Below, piece after piece: positions 18,623 through 28,447 of a stretch of 64,000 nt of DNA. The position numbers and the translations under genes were made by a program. This DNA comes from an uncultured delta proteobacterium (GTDB lineage Bacteria > Myxococcota_A > Polyangia > Polyangiales > Houyiibacteriaceae). The notes below the pieces were generated by a model. That model was not told the origin of the DNA. It saw nothing but the letters and a program-made list of their open reading frames with translations, and searched no databases. The stretch covers positions 1,280,001 to 1,344,000 of the forward strand of contig CAVOVB010000001.1 of assembly GCA_963699755.1 (NCBI GenBank), read 5' to 3'. Numbering within the stretch: the first letter of the stretch is position 1; each line of letters starts with the position of its first letter.

Positions 18623-19648
18623 CTATGCGAGATCGAGCCTTCGTACGAATCGGCGCAGGTGGCCGATCGCGCTCGGCATGTGGGGGATGAATCCCATGTG
18701 GCCCGTTCGGTACCAATGAATCTCGGGCTCGCCCCAGCGTCTCCACATCGCGCGCATCACCTCTGCATCGAAGAAGCGGTCGTGCTCTGCCGCGAGGAGC
18801 AGGATGCGTTCGCTCGGTATGACGGGCACTAGCTCGTTCCAGCCGATTCTTTCGAAAAAATTGCCAAAGTCCGAAGGAGTCCAGCCAAACCGGGCGAGGT
18901 CTTTCCGCATCGCGCCCAGCACCGGGGCATCCCGGAGCAGCGCGCCCATGTGCATGTGCGCGATGAGCGGTGCTGCAAAGGCGAAGCGAGGCTCGAGGCA
19001 GGCTAGGCTTGCGGTAAACGCCCCCCCGAGTGAAAGGCCCGCCACGCCGACCGGGCTCGGCGATTGGTCGAACATGACCGAAAGCAGGGTTCGGGCGTCG
19101 AGAATGGTTTGGCGCATGGCCTCGAAGCTCCGCACCACGTCGGCCGTCCAGAAGCGCTCGCCGTCATAGGGGGAGCTGCGCGGCTTGCGGCGGCCGTGGT
19201 ACGGCGGCTGAAGGTGGAAGATCTCGATGTCGAGCGTTCGAGCGATTGCACCTAGCAATCCGTGCTCCTCGACCACCGTCTCCGGCTGCATGTAGCCATG
19301 GATGTAAAGAAGTCGCGGACGGCCCTCAGTGCCCTTGGGTCGAATACGCCGTACGTAGACGGTCTGGATGCGGCGGCTGCGCGCATGGTAGTGCGCGTTG
19401 AAACTCGGCTCGATGGGCTCGTGCTGCGAAGCGAAAGACAAGTCCTCGTTGTCGAAACCGGGCAGCGACCATCGCCGGCGCTTACGAACCCGCGGAAGTC
19501 GGTCGGGCGCGGGGAAGAGCTCCTCGCGCGTGGCGCCCTCGTAGGCGGCAAGACGGCCGAGCGTATTGTGCGGACGCGAACGAAGGAGCTGCAGCGGGCG
19601 CACCAGCACGCCCGTTACGTCATCGAGATTCGGCAAGGAGCCCTTCAT
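18623..19648 (-). CDS. Alpha/beta hydrolase family protein
   Basis: LYIHGY, PYHGRR, nucleophile elbow GLSLGG, AEHDRF, GH. Confidence 0.75.
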   Translation of the reverse strand: MKGSLPNLDDVTGVLVRPLQLLRSRPHNTLGRLAAYEGATREELFPAPDRLPRVRKRRRWSLPGFDNEDLSFASQHEPIEPSFNAHYHARSRRIQTVYVRRIRPKGTEGRPRLLYIHGYMQPETVVEEHGLLGAIARTLDIEIFHLQPPYHGRRKPRSSPYDGERFWTADVVRSFEAMRQTILDARTLLSVMFDQSPSPVGVAGLSLGGAFTASLACLEPRFAFAAPLIAHMHMGALLRDAPVLGAMRKDLARFGWTPSDFGNFFERIGWNELVPVIPSERILLLAAEHDRFFDAEVMRAMWRRWGEPEIHWYRTGHMGFIPHMPSAIGHLRRFVRRLDLA

Positions 19649-20612
19649 TCACCAACCAGTCGTAGTTGTCTTTGACGGCAGCCTGCATGGGTTGGATTCG
19701 ATAACCGAGCTCGCGAATCGCTCGGTCGCTCGAGAAGTGTGCCTCGGTTCCGCTCGTGATTGCGGCGATCTCAGGCGTAATGTCAGGCTCGTTGCCGGTA
19801 ACGGCGGCCAGCATCACGGAAAGCCGGCCGAATACCTTGAGCACCCAGGCGGGTGCAGTCCTCGGGGCCTTGGCGCCTGACAGCCGAGCTACTTCTGCCA
19901 CGAACTCCGCCATGGTGCAGTCCTGGCCGCATAGAATGTATCGCTCGCCGTTCCGGCCTTGGGTAACCGCGCTGAGATGCGCCTCCACCACGTCCCGGAC
20001 GTGGGTGAACGAGGTCAGACCAGGGGGAACTGCCGGTAGAGCACGGTCGCGGAGCAAAAAGAAGATCTGCCCCCAGTTGCTGGTATCATACGGACCCACG
20101 ACGTTCCCGGGGTTCAACACCACGACTTTCATGCCGAGCTGGACCCCTTTGAGCGCCTCGAGCTCGCCCAGATGCTTACTGCGTTCGTAGTTGATCCACG
20201 AGTCCTTGCCCTCGCGCGGAGTTTCTTCGGTCACGCGACCTTTGACACGCCCCCAGGCGGCGTTGCTCGAGGTGTGAACGAAGGTGCCGACCCCCTTTGC
20301 CGCGGCCGCCTCGACCATGTTTCGGGTTCCGTCGATGTTGATCTCGTTCTGCCTGGCATTGCCTTTCGACCAGAAGCTGGTGTCCCCTGCAACATGGAAG
20401 ACGACGTCGGTGCCAGCGGGGATCGCTCGATCGAGCGATGCGCGATCGGTGATGGAGCCTTCGGCGAGCTCGATCGGCAAACGGTTCAGATAGCCGAGCT
20501 TGGAGCTAGAGCGATGGAGCGCCGTGACTTTCCAGCCGCGCTCTACGAGCAATTCGACGAGATTGATTCCGATGAAGCCGGTCCCGCCGGTTACGAATGC
20601 GGACTGTGGCAT
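19620..20612 (-). CDS. NAD-dependent epimerase/dehydratase (dihydroflavonol reductase-like extended SDR)
   Basis: VTGGTGFIG, FHVAG, HTSS, YERSK. Confidence 0.85.
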   Translation of the reverse strand: MPQSAFVTGGTGFIGINLVELLVERGWKVTALHRSSSKLGYLNRLPIELAEGSITDRASLDRAIPAGTDVVFHVAGDTSFWSKGNARQNEINIDGTRNMVEAAAAKGVGTFVHTSSNAAWGRVKGRVTEETPREGKDSWINYERSKHLGELEALKGVQLGMKVVVLNPGNVVGPYDTSNWGQIFFLLRDRALPAVPPGLTSFTHVRDVVEAHLSAVTQGRNGERYILCGQDCTMAEFVAEVARLSGAKAPRTAPAWVLKVFGRLSVMLAAVTGNEPDITPEIAAITSGTEAHFSSDRAIRELGYRIQPMQAAVKDNYDWLVNEGLLAESR

Positions 20613-20762
20613 AGCGAGTCTTCTTTCTTGCGCACGATAGTCTCCGCTTGATCGCGGCCGTGTCAATCAGCCAGGCGAGGTCCGAGGAGTCTCCTCGGAG
20701 TGCGGCCCATGTCCGCATGACCCGATCTTGCGGCGGCTATCGGATCGACCCAGACTCCGGCC

Positions 20763-21977
20763 GTGGCTGGAAATGAGACTCGCGTCCTTCTTCTCGAAGG
20801 CATTCACGAAACCGCCGTCGACAGCTTCGCCGCCGCCGGCTACCCGAACGTCGAGCGCCTCGGCCATTCCTTGGCCGGCTCGGATCTGCTTACTGCCATT
20901 GCGAACGTCGATCTGATTGGGATCCGATCCGGCACCAAAATCGACGCTGCGGCGCTCGCCGCTGCGAAGAAACTCAAGGCCGTCGGATGCTTCTGTATCG
21001 GCACCAACCAGGTCGACCTGGACTCGGCTCGACGCCTCGGCATCCCCGTTTTCAATGCGCCCTTTTCAAACACCCGAAGCGTTGCCGAGCTTGCAATCGC
21101 CGACATCATCTTGCTGATGCGCGGAATTCCCGAGAAGTCGGCTCGCGCCCGGCGTGGCGAATGGGCCAAGACGGCACGTAACGCCTACGAGGTTCGCGGG
21201 AAGTGCTTGGGGATCGTCGGCTACGGCCGAATCGGAACCCAGCTCGGTATCCTAGCAGAGGGCCTCGGGATGCGCGTGCTCTACTACGACATCGAGCACA
21301 AGCTTCCGCTCGGCAACGCCGCGCCCGCGGCCACTCTCGAAGAGCTCTTCGCCCAGGCTGACGTCGTCAGCCTCCACGTCCCCGAGACGCCGGCCACACT
21401 CAACATGATCGACGCGAAGGCGCTGAGCGGCATGCGTCCGGGCTCACTCTTGATCAACGCGGCGCGCGGCACCGTGGTCGACATCGAGGCGCTCGCCGAA
21501 GCCCTCGCATCGGGGCAGATCGGAGGCGCAGCAATCGATGTCTTCCCAGTCGAGCCCAAGTCGAACCAAGAGATCTTCGAGTCACCGCTTCGCCAGTTCG
21601 ACAACGTGATTCTCACGCCACACATCGGCGGCGCCACCGAAGAAGCACAATACAACATCGCCCGCGAGGTGGTGGCCAAGCTGGTGAAGTATCATGCCAA
21701 CGGCTCCAGCGTGTCGGCCGTAAACTTCCCGCAGGTCACGATTCCCGATCACCGAGGTCGCCGACGCATTTTACATATCCACAGAAACGAGCCCGGAGTC
21801 ATGGAGCAGATCAACCGCGTATTCTCTTCGCACGGGGTGAACGTCGCTGCACAGTACCTGGAGACCTACGCGGACGTCGGCTATGTCGTGATGGATGTGG
21901 AGCTCGACGACGCCGGCTCGCTTCTCAGCGAGCTCGAGGCCATTGCGGCAACGATCCGGGTACGAATTCTTCGTTGA
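20763..21977 (+). CDS. serA: D-3-phosphoglycerate dehydrogenase with C-terminal ACT domain
   Basis: GCFCIGTNQVDL, FNAPFSNTRSVAE, GIVGYGRIG, TPHIGGAT, SAVNFP. Confidence 0.93.
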   Translation: MAGNETRVLLLEGIHETAVDSFAAAGYPNVERLGHSLAGSDLLTAIANVDLIGIRSGTKIDAAALAAAKKLKAVGCFCIGTNQVDLDSARRLGIPVFNAPFSNTRSVAELAIADIILLMRGIPEKSARARRGEWAKTARNAYEVRGKCLGIVGYGRIGTQLGILAEGLGMRVLYYDIEHKLPLGNAAPAATLEELFAQADVVSLHVPETPATLNMIDAKALSGMRPGSLLINAARGTVVDIEALAEALASGQIGGAAIDVFPVEPKSNQEIFESPLRQFDNVILTPHIGGATEEAQYNIAREVVAKLVKYHANGSSVSAVNFPQVTIPDHRGRRRILHIHRNEPGVMEQINRVFSSHGVNVAAQYLETYADVGYVVMDVELDDAGSLLSELEAIAATIRVRILR

Positions 21978-21979
21978 GG

Positions 21980-23092
21980 CTACCGTATCTCGGTCGCCGC
22001 GGTTGCGACGTCCCCCTCGTCCGTTTGGGAATCGTCGACCCAGGCCATGAATACCGTATAGCCGAGCGACAAGACCACTGCGCCGACGAACAAGCCGAGG
22101 ATACCACCCGCGATGAACCCGCCAATCGAACCCATGAAGAGGACTAACATCGGCACGGGCGAGCCGCGCCCCATCAGCAAGGGTTTCAGGACATTGTCGC
22201 TCAGTCCGACCGAGACAGACCAGATCGCGAACAGAACGGCTACGGCCGTCGAGCTCGTGTAGAACACGTAGACGATCACCGGAATCAAGACCAGCGCCGG
22301 CGGAAGCTGCATCACCGCGAGAATCAGGATGAATAGCGTCCACAAGCCGGCGGCTGGTACGCCTACCAGCAGCATCCCCAGGCCGGAAAGGAGGGACTGA
22401 ATCGCGGCGACCCCGAGAACGCCACGCGTCACGCTTTGCACGCTGGATGCTGCCAAATCGGCGAGCTTGGGGCCTCGTGGCCCGACGATGATGTACGCGA
22501 CCTTCTCTGCCAGTCGTGCAGCTCGCTCGCCATTAGGGAGGATTGCGCCCGCAATCAAGATCGCCACGATGAAGAAGGCCAGACCCACGCCTAGGTTCCC
22601 GACGCTCGACACCAGCCAAACTCCAAAGTCCCTCATGTAGGGTGCGAGCTTCACCAAAGCGGTCTCCAAATTCTGAGACGCCCCGAGCCACAGTGCGTGC
22701 AGTTGAGAGCCGATGACCGGCCAGTCCGCAACGAAATCTGGCGGCGCTGGGATCGTAATCTGGTCGCGGGTGAAATCAGCCGACAGACGGTCGATCGAAT
22801 CCACCAGGCTTGCTCCGAGGGCGACGGTTGGAACGATGAGCAGGAGCAGTGCGACCACCACCATTAGCACGGCGGCGAGCTTCGGGCGCCCGCCGAGCGC
22901 GCGGGTCAGCTTCGCATAGGGCGTCTTTACGGCGATCGCGATCACGACGCCACCGATGATCGGGTTGAGGAACGGCGCCAGGATCCTCAGGCACCAGAAT
23001 ACCAGCAGAGCGAGAAGGCTCAGGCGAACCGCGGCCTGCGTCACGCGACGGTCAAATGCGCGTTCCTCTTCCGTGCTTTGGCGGGCTGTCAT
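21980..23092 (-). CDS. AI-2E family transporter (YdiK-like)
   Basis: Multi-TM; DNVLKPLLMG, GILGLFVGAVVL motifs; ATG at 23092. Confidence 0.85.
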   Translation of the reverse strand: MTARQSTEEERAFDRRVTQAAVRLSLLALLVFWCLRILAPFLNPIIGGVVIAIAVKTPYAKLTRALGGRPKLAAVLMVVVALLLLIVPTVALGASLVDSIDRLSADFTRDQITIPAPPDFVADWPVIGSQLHALWLGASQNLETALVKLAPYMRDFGVWLVSSVGNLGVGLAFFIVAILIAGAILPNGERAARLAEKVAYIIVGPRGPKLADLAASSVQSVTRGVLGVAAIQSLLSGLGMLLVGVPAAGLWTLFILILAVMQLPPALVLIPVIVYVFYTSSTAVAVLFAIWSVSVGLSDNVLKPLLMGRGSPVPMLVLFMGSIGGFIAGGILGLFVGAVVLSLGYTVFMAWVDDSQTDEGDVATAATEIR

Positions 23093-23093
23093 T

Positions 23094-23834
23094 TCAGCTC
23101 TCGCCAACCCAGAGCAGCGCTTGGTCTCTCGCGTCCATCGGGAAGGCGCGAACCTCGGCATCGACGAAGCGTGATGCAATTCGTGGCAGCGACGACACCA
23201 CGCGGTCGCCAGTCACGAACGCGACCCGCCGAATCTTGCTGTGATGCTCCCGGACGAAGCGAACATGTGAGCTGAGCGCGGCGAAGTCATCCCAGCCAGG
23301 GAAGTGCTCCGTGACGACCATCAATCCTTTGAGAAGCCCTGCCTTCTCGATGTAAGGGTCCACCTCCGCGCTCAGGCGTTCGAAGTCGGCGGCCTCGAGC
23401 TCTCCCTTTGGCTGCAGAATCAAGACGCCCTTATCCTCGATGAGCTCGAACGACAAATGGCCGCGCGATGGCGGCTCCGATATCCATTGGCGTGCGTCCT
23501 CGAGATCGTCGCCGTCGAACACGCGAACCTCTCCCGGCAATGCGAAGCCGAACGCCTTCACCATCTTTTCGATCCAGTCGACATTCGTCACGACGGCGAC
23601 TCGCTCGAAGGAGGTCAGGTGCTTCATGCCAACCTTGGCGTCTTCCCATGCGGCCCCGCCCGAATAGCCTTTGAACTCGTCCCCGACGACGTACAAGAGG
23701 CGCACCTTCCGGTGCTTGCTGAGCCGCGCTTCGATGGCGGGAACCAGCACGGTTCTGTAGTCCTCAGCGGTGACTTCGCCGCGGGCTCTGAGCCCCAGCA
23801 CGCGGTCGGGAAGGTCGGTCATCACTTCGATCAT
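23094..23834 (-). CDS. Tandem SpoIIAA-like (STAS/SEC14) domain protein
   Basis: Domain 1 GEVTAEDY...AAWEDAKVG...FERVAVVT; domain 2 GELEAADF...FPGWDDF...IRRVAFVT. Confidence 0.75.
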   Translation of the reverse strand: MIEVMTDLPDRVLGLRARGEVTAEDYRTVLVPAIEARLSKHRKVRLLYVVGDEFKGYSGGAAWEDAKVGMKHLTSFERVAVVTNVDWIEKMVKAFGFALPGEVRVFDGDDLEDARQWISEPPSRGHLSFELIEDKGVLILQPKGELEAADFERLSAEVDPYIEKAGLLKGLMVVTEHFPGWDDFAALSSHVRFVREHHSKIRRVAFVTGDRVVSSLPRIASRFVDAEVRAFPMDARDQALLWVGES

Positions 23835-23976
23835 GGGAGGCTCCTCTCGATAGGTTGGCGATCCTGCCACAATCGCAGAGGCAGACCAATCTGCGCTCCT
23901 CTGCACGCCGACGATTCCTTCGGGCGTGCAGAGCGGTAGCGCTTCGCTTGAAATATGGCACCTTCCCACCAAGCTC

Positions 23977-24465
23977 ATGAGCCGCAAGATCACAATAAAC
24001 AAGGTCGTCACGCTCTCCTACGTCCTGCGCGACAACAGTGGCGAAGTCATCGACGAGTCTAGCGACGGAAGCCCGCTGCTCTACCTTCACGGCGCCCAGA
24101 ACATCGTTCCCGGTCTCGAGGAGCAGCTCGAGGGCGTGGCCGAAGGCGCGTCGATCAAAGCCACGGTCTCGCCTGAAAAGGGATACGGCCCGCGCATCGG
24201 TCAAGCCCAGGAAGTTCCGCGCAACCTCTTTCCCGCCGACGCCGAGCTCACAGCAGGCATGCAGGTCGTTGCACACGACGATCAGGGCCGACAGATCCCA
24301 TTCTTCATCACCGCGATCACCGAAGAGACGATCACGGTGGATCCGAACCATCCGCTCGCCGGTGAAACCCTGCACTTCGAGGTGACCGTCGAGTCGCTCC
24401 GCGATGCATCCGACGAGGAGATCGCGCACGGTCATCCACACGGCCCTGGTGGTCACCACCACTAG
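23977..24465 (+). CDS. slyD: FKBP-type peptidyl-prolyl isomerase SlyD
   Basis: PLLYLHGAQNIVPGLE, VDPNHPLAGETLHFEV, His-rich tail HGHPHGPGGHHH. Confidence 0.92.
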   Translation: MSRKITINKVVTLSYVLRDNSGEVIDESSDGSPLLYLHGAQNIVPGLEEQLEGVAEGASIKATVSPEKGYGPRIGQAQEVPRNLFPADAELTAGMQVVAHDDQGRQIPFFITAITEETITVDPNHPLAGETLHFEVTVESLRDASDEEIAHGHPHGPGGHHH

Positions 24466-24477
24466 CCCTTCCCGAAA

Positions 24478-26112
24478 TCAGAAGAGGAACTGGAGCTGCA
24501 GGAGGAACGCAAAGCCGTTCCGTCGACCGGCCTCCCAGCGCTGTGCAACCCAAGCGGCTTCGGCGACCACCTTGAGACTGTTTCCGATGATGTGTGAGGT
24601 GCCTGCGATCGCCAGCTCATTGTTCGTGGTTTGCTCGCCGTTCTGGCCGTACTGCTGGAGCGCGGACGCCCGGTCCGTGGCAATTTCGATCTGAAACGCT
24701 CCGTAGCTGCTGCTGTCGCTCCGGAGCCAAGGGGTCAGGTAGGTCATGCTGTACCGAACTGCGAGCTCCCAGGTGACGGAGAACCGATAGCCCGTCTCCG
24801 CCATGAACCCGATCGGCCCAAAGAGGATCTTCCCTCCCTGCCAGGGCTTGTACCAAGCCAGGTAGCTGATGATGTTCATGTGCAGGTGCCTGATTTTGCC
24901 GAGCCACTCGGCGGAGAGTCGCAGCCCTAGGTCCTGCGCTGCGACGGGGCGCGCATCCCAGGCGATGCCCGCGCCCAGACTGTGGCGAAGCTCTTTGGAG
25001 CCCGTGACGTCACTATTGGTGTCGGTGTTGATCTCTCCGAAATTCTTTGCGACACGGCCGACGAGCTCGGGATGGAACGAGCTCACGACCTCCCCATCGC
25101 CGAAGTTCGATGGGTTATCGGGCGGGTTGCCGTAGACCTCGCTAATCGCCACGCCATGGGATGCCCGGGCGTTGACTCCGCTGAAGATCCCGGCGGCATA
25201 CTCCAGGTTGAGAAAGCCGCCGCTTGCCAGCATCTCGGCGCCAACCTGGCGTTCGGAGCCGAACATGCGCGTCGTAGGCGCCCAGTCGACGAGCGAAAGA
25301 GCGGCAAAGGATTGGGCGCGATATCGGTCGTAGGGGATCTTGAACTGACCCATGCGGAAGGTCGCGAACTTGAAGCGCGTGAACGAGAACCACATGTCGA
25401 TTAGCTCGAACGCGCTCGGCGTCATGTTGATTTGAAAACGGCTCTGGATCCGCCCGTCGATGAAGGAGCTCGACAAGGTCGTTCGAATCCGGCGAAATTC
25501 GAGCGTCGTGCTGGACGCGCTTGGAATCCCAGCGCCCGCAAACTGCTGCTCGTACTCGAGCTCCATTTGTGCGGCAAAGCCGATCCCGATCCAGTCCTCG
25601 GTCTTCCCCACCTTGATGCGAACGGGGCCAAGCCGCATCGGAAGCGTTCGGCCGGCAGGAGCCTCTCCCTCCGCTTCGGCAAGTGTCGTCGTGCTGGGCT
25701 CGGCGGCGAGTGCGTCCCCCGAGTCGTCGCCCGTTTCCTCGCTGATCGAGCCTTTTTCCCTGGCGACCTGCAGCGTGCCCTTCTTCTGCTCTTCCTTCTT
25801 TTCTTCCTCGGCGAGCTGGGCCTCGAGACAATCGAGGTCGCAGGCGTCCTCTTCGGTCGCGGTCTCACCCCCTACGTTGGCAGCCGGCCCCTGCTCGGTC
25901 TCGGTCAGCGACGGCTCGCCCCCGAGCTGCACGTTGTCCTCGCGATCGCCCTTGGGCTTCAGCAGGCGCGGGTGCTTGTCATCCGGCTCCGCTTCGGGCG
26001 CGGAGTCGGCGTCCCCCTGGCCTGGCGCAACGGCATCCGGCTCCTCGGCTAGCGCGGCCGAGGCACAACCCAGCATCATGATCGCCAGCATCGATCGTAC
26101 CTCGAAGCGCAT
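24478..26112 (-). CDS. Porin (OprO/OprP-like fold) with long acidic N-terminal extension
   Basis: Signal peptide, EFRRIR, RMGQFKIPY motifs, C-terminal LQLQFLF. Confidence 0.7.
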   Translation of the reverse strand: MRFEVRSMLAIMMLGCASAALAEEPDAVAPGQGDADSAPEAEPDDKHPRLLKPKGDREDNVQLGGEPSLTETEQGPAANVGGETATEEDACDLDCLEAQLAEEEKKEEQKKGTLQVAREKGSISEETGDDSGDALAAEPSTTTLAEAEGEAPAGRTLPMRLGPVRIKVGKTEDWIGIGFAAQMELEYEQQFAGAGIPSASSTTLEFRRIRTTLSSSFIDGRIQSRFQINMTPSAFELIDMWFSFTRFKFATFRMGQFKIPYDRYRAQSFAALSLVDWAPTTRMFGSERQVGAEMLASGGFLNLEYAAGIFSGVNARASHGVAISEVYGNPPDNPSNFGDGEVVSSFHPELVGRVAKNFGEINTDTNSDVTGSKELRHSLGAGIAWDARPVAAQDLGLRLSAEWLGKIRHLHMNIISYLAWYKPWQGGKILFGPIGFMAETGYRFSVTWELAVRYSMTYLTPWLRSDSSSYGAFQIEIATDRASALQQYGQNGEQTTNNELAIAGTSHIIGNSLKVVAEAAWVAQRWEAGRRNGFAFLLQLQFLF

Positions 26113-26162
26113 CGGCCCCAGGATGCCAGCCGACTAGCCCTTGGGACCAGTTTTTCGGGGGG

Positions 26163-26618
26163 CTATCGGCGAAGTCGATGCTTGAGGATCGCGGGCAGAC
26201 TCCGGCCCATCTCGCCGAGGAGCTTTGCCCAGCTGAACCGGTCGACCCAGTCGGCGACCAGGCCATCCTTGACGCGGAACTCGCCCTGGACGGGAAGGTT
26301 CATCGTCAGGCCGCCCCCCTCGAAGATGTCGATCCGGTCCGTGTAGACAACGCCGTCTCCACGCTCGTGGATGTCGGAGTACTGGACCTCGAAGCGGGTG
26401 GCATCCTTGAACATCGCTCTCAGCACCTTCTTGAAGCGGTTCTTGTTGGTGGAGGTCTTCCACGGGACGTTGACCCATCGGATGTCGTCCGAAACGAGTG
26501 CGGACGCTCCTTCCAGGTCTAGGCGCTCCAAAGCGGAGAGGAAGGCTTCGACGACTTGCTGAGGGGAACGCTCGCTCGGGGCTTCTGTCGTGGTGTGGTG
26601 GCCGATTTCGTTGGTCAT
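26163..26618 (-). CDS. Limonene-1,2-epoxide hydrolase / SnoaL (NTF2-like) family protein
   Basis: VVEAFL, WVNVP, VYTDRID, LPVQGEFRVKDGLVADWVDRF. Confidence 0.75.
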   Translation of the reverse strand: MTNEIGHHTTTEAPSERSPQQVVEAFLSALERLDLEGASALVSDDIRWVNVPWKTSTNKNRFKKVLRAMFKDATRFEVQYSDIHERGDGVVYTDRIDIFEGGGLTMNLPVQGEFRVKDGLVADWVDRFSWAKLLGEMGRSLPAILKHRLRR

Positions 26619-26707
26619 GGCCGGATCATAGCGAGATCGAAAGCGAAGAAAAGGGGCCGAGCCTCGATGCTCTCATAGAGCCCGGATTTGTGGTACTCCA
26701 CTCGTCC

Positions 26708-27919
26708 ATGGGGGCTCCCCCTCGCTCCGCCATTCAGCTCGCACTCGTGGCTCCGGCGATCGCCCTGGTCACCGCTTGTGCCCACGTGCCCAAGCGCTCC
26801 CCGCTTCCTGTCGACCACGTTTACGACGCCGAGGTCCTGGGGATTCCCCGCGCCCGCATGTGGGGGGATGCGCCTCCGCCCTGGGAGCCCGACTGGTTCG
26901 AGAGGAGCAAGGCGGAGCTCCAGGAACGATACTCCGGCGTGTTTGGCCGTCCTCACACCTATCTCGCGATTTCTGGCGGAGGCGAGAACGGCGCCTTTGC
27001 GGCCGGGATGCTCCTAGGCTGGACCGCGGCGGGGGATCGCCCGGAGTTCACCACAGTCACCGGAATCAGCGCCGGGGCGCTCGTGGCCCCTTTTGCGTTT
27101 CTTGGACCCGAGTACGACGAGGTCCTCAAGCGCGTCTCCTCGGAGCTCAAGGCGGGCGACGTCTACAAGAAGCGCGGCTTGATTCGGGCCCTTCGCACAG
27201 ATGCTATGGCCACCACCGAGCCGCTGCAAGCCCTGATCGCGAAGTACGTGGACGAAGAGGTCATCGAGAAGATTGCCGCGGCGCATCGCGAGGGGCGCTC
27301 GCTCAACATCGGCACGGCGAATCTCGACTCGATGAGGCCGGTCATTTGGCGCATCGGGCCGATCGCCAATAGTGGTCACCCCGATGCCCTGGCGCTCATC
27401 CGAAAGATCCTTCTCGCCTCCGCCTCCGTGCCCGCTGCGTTTTCTCCCGTGCTCATTCCGGTCGAGGTGGACGGTCGGACCTACGACGAGCTGCACGTCG
27501 ACGGCGGCGCTGCCTCGCAGGTGTTCCTCTACCCCGTCGGCGTCGACTACGATGAAGTGTTGACGAAGCTCCGGGTGCCCGGCCGCCCGAAGGTCTACAT
27601 CATTCGCAATTCCCGCCTCGACCCCATGTACGAGCAGGTCGAGAACAAGCTCTTCCCGATCGCTGGGCGCTCGCTCGCCTCCCTCATTCGCACGCAAGGC
27701 ATCGGCGACCTCTACCGCATATACCTCCAGACCTGTCGGGACGGGCTGGAGTTCAACCTCGCCTATATCCCTCCCGATTTCACTGCGAAGCCCGACGAAG
27801 AGTTCGATCGGGCCTACATGCAGGCGCTGTTCGACCTGGCCTACGAACGGAGCAAAGCCGGCTACCCCTGGTCGAAAATGCCGCCCGAGCTTCAGCAAGC
27901 CCCGATCGAGTGCCGATGA
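26708..27919 (+). CDS. Patatin-like phospholipase, lipoprotein
   Basis: Lipobox LVTAC, SGGGENGAF, GISAG, ASASVP, VDGG. Confidence 0.85.
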   Translation: MGAPPRSAIQLALVAPAIALVTACAHVPKRSPLPVDHVYDAEVLGIPRARMWGDAPPPWEPDWFERSKAELQERYSGVFGRPHTYLAISGGGENGAFAAGMLLGWTAAGDRPEFTTVTGISAGALVAPFAFLGPEYDEVLKRVSSELKAGDVYKKRGLIRALRTDAMATTEPLQALIAKYVDEEVIEKIAAAHREGRSLNIGTANLDSMRPVIWRIGPIANSGHPDALALIRKILLASASVPAAFSPVLIPVEVDGRTYDELHVDGGAASQVFLYPVGVDYDEVLTKLRVPGRPKVYIIRNSRLDPMYEQVENKLFPIAGRSLASLIRTQGIGDLYRIYLQTCRDGLEFNLAYIPPDFTAKPDEEFDRAYMQALFDLAYERSKAGYPWSKMPPELQQAPIECR

Positions 27920-27972
27920 GGAGCTTGCTTGCTGGCCTTGCTAGGCCCTGAGCTGGCTCTACGATCTGGATC

Positions 27973-28425
27973 ATGCGAACACTTCTCCTCTCCCTTCTCC
28001 TCACCGTCGTCCTCGCGGGCTGCAGGGACGCCAAGCCATCGGCCGCGGCGGAGCCTGCCTCTGACCAGAAGTCCGAGCCAGCTTCCGAAGCCGCGGTTTC
28101 AATCATCTCGGTCGATGACGCCGACAAGGCACTTCAATCGGGTGCCGTTGCGGTGGATGCCAACTCCGACAGCACGCGCAAAAAGAATGGCACCGTGCCG
28201 AACGCTGTCCTTCTGACCTCGTCGTACAAGTACGACCTCGCGCAGCTACCAGACGACAAGAGCAAGGATCTGATCTTCTACTGCTCGAACACGAGCTGCA
28301 CCGCTTCGGACGCCGCTGCCGGGCGGGCCTCCACGAATGGATACAAAAACGTCCACATCATGCGTGAAGGCATCAAAGGCTGGAAAGACGCCGGCAAGGC
28401 CACCACCCCTTACCCGCAGAGCTAG
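27973..28425 (+). CDS. Rhodanese-like lipoprotein
   Basis: Lipobox LAGC, LIFYCSNTSC, GIKGWKDAG. Confidence 0.8.
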   Translation: MRTLLLSLLLTVVLAGCRDAKPSAAAEPASDQKSEPASEAAVSIISVDDADKALQSGAVAVDANSDSTRKKNGTVPNAVLLTSSYKYDLAQLPDDKSKDLIFYCSNTSCTASDAAAGRASTNGYKNVHIMREGIKGWKDAGKATTPYPQS

Positions 28426-28447
28426 AAACGCAACCGGGCCGCAGCGG

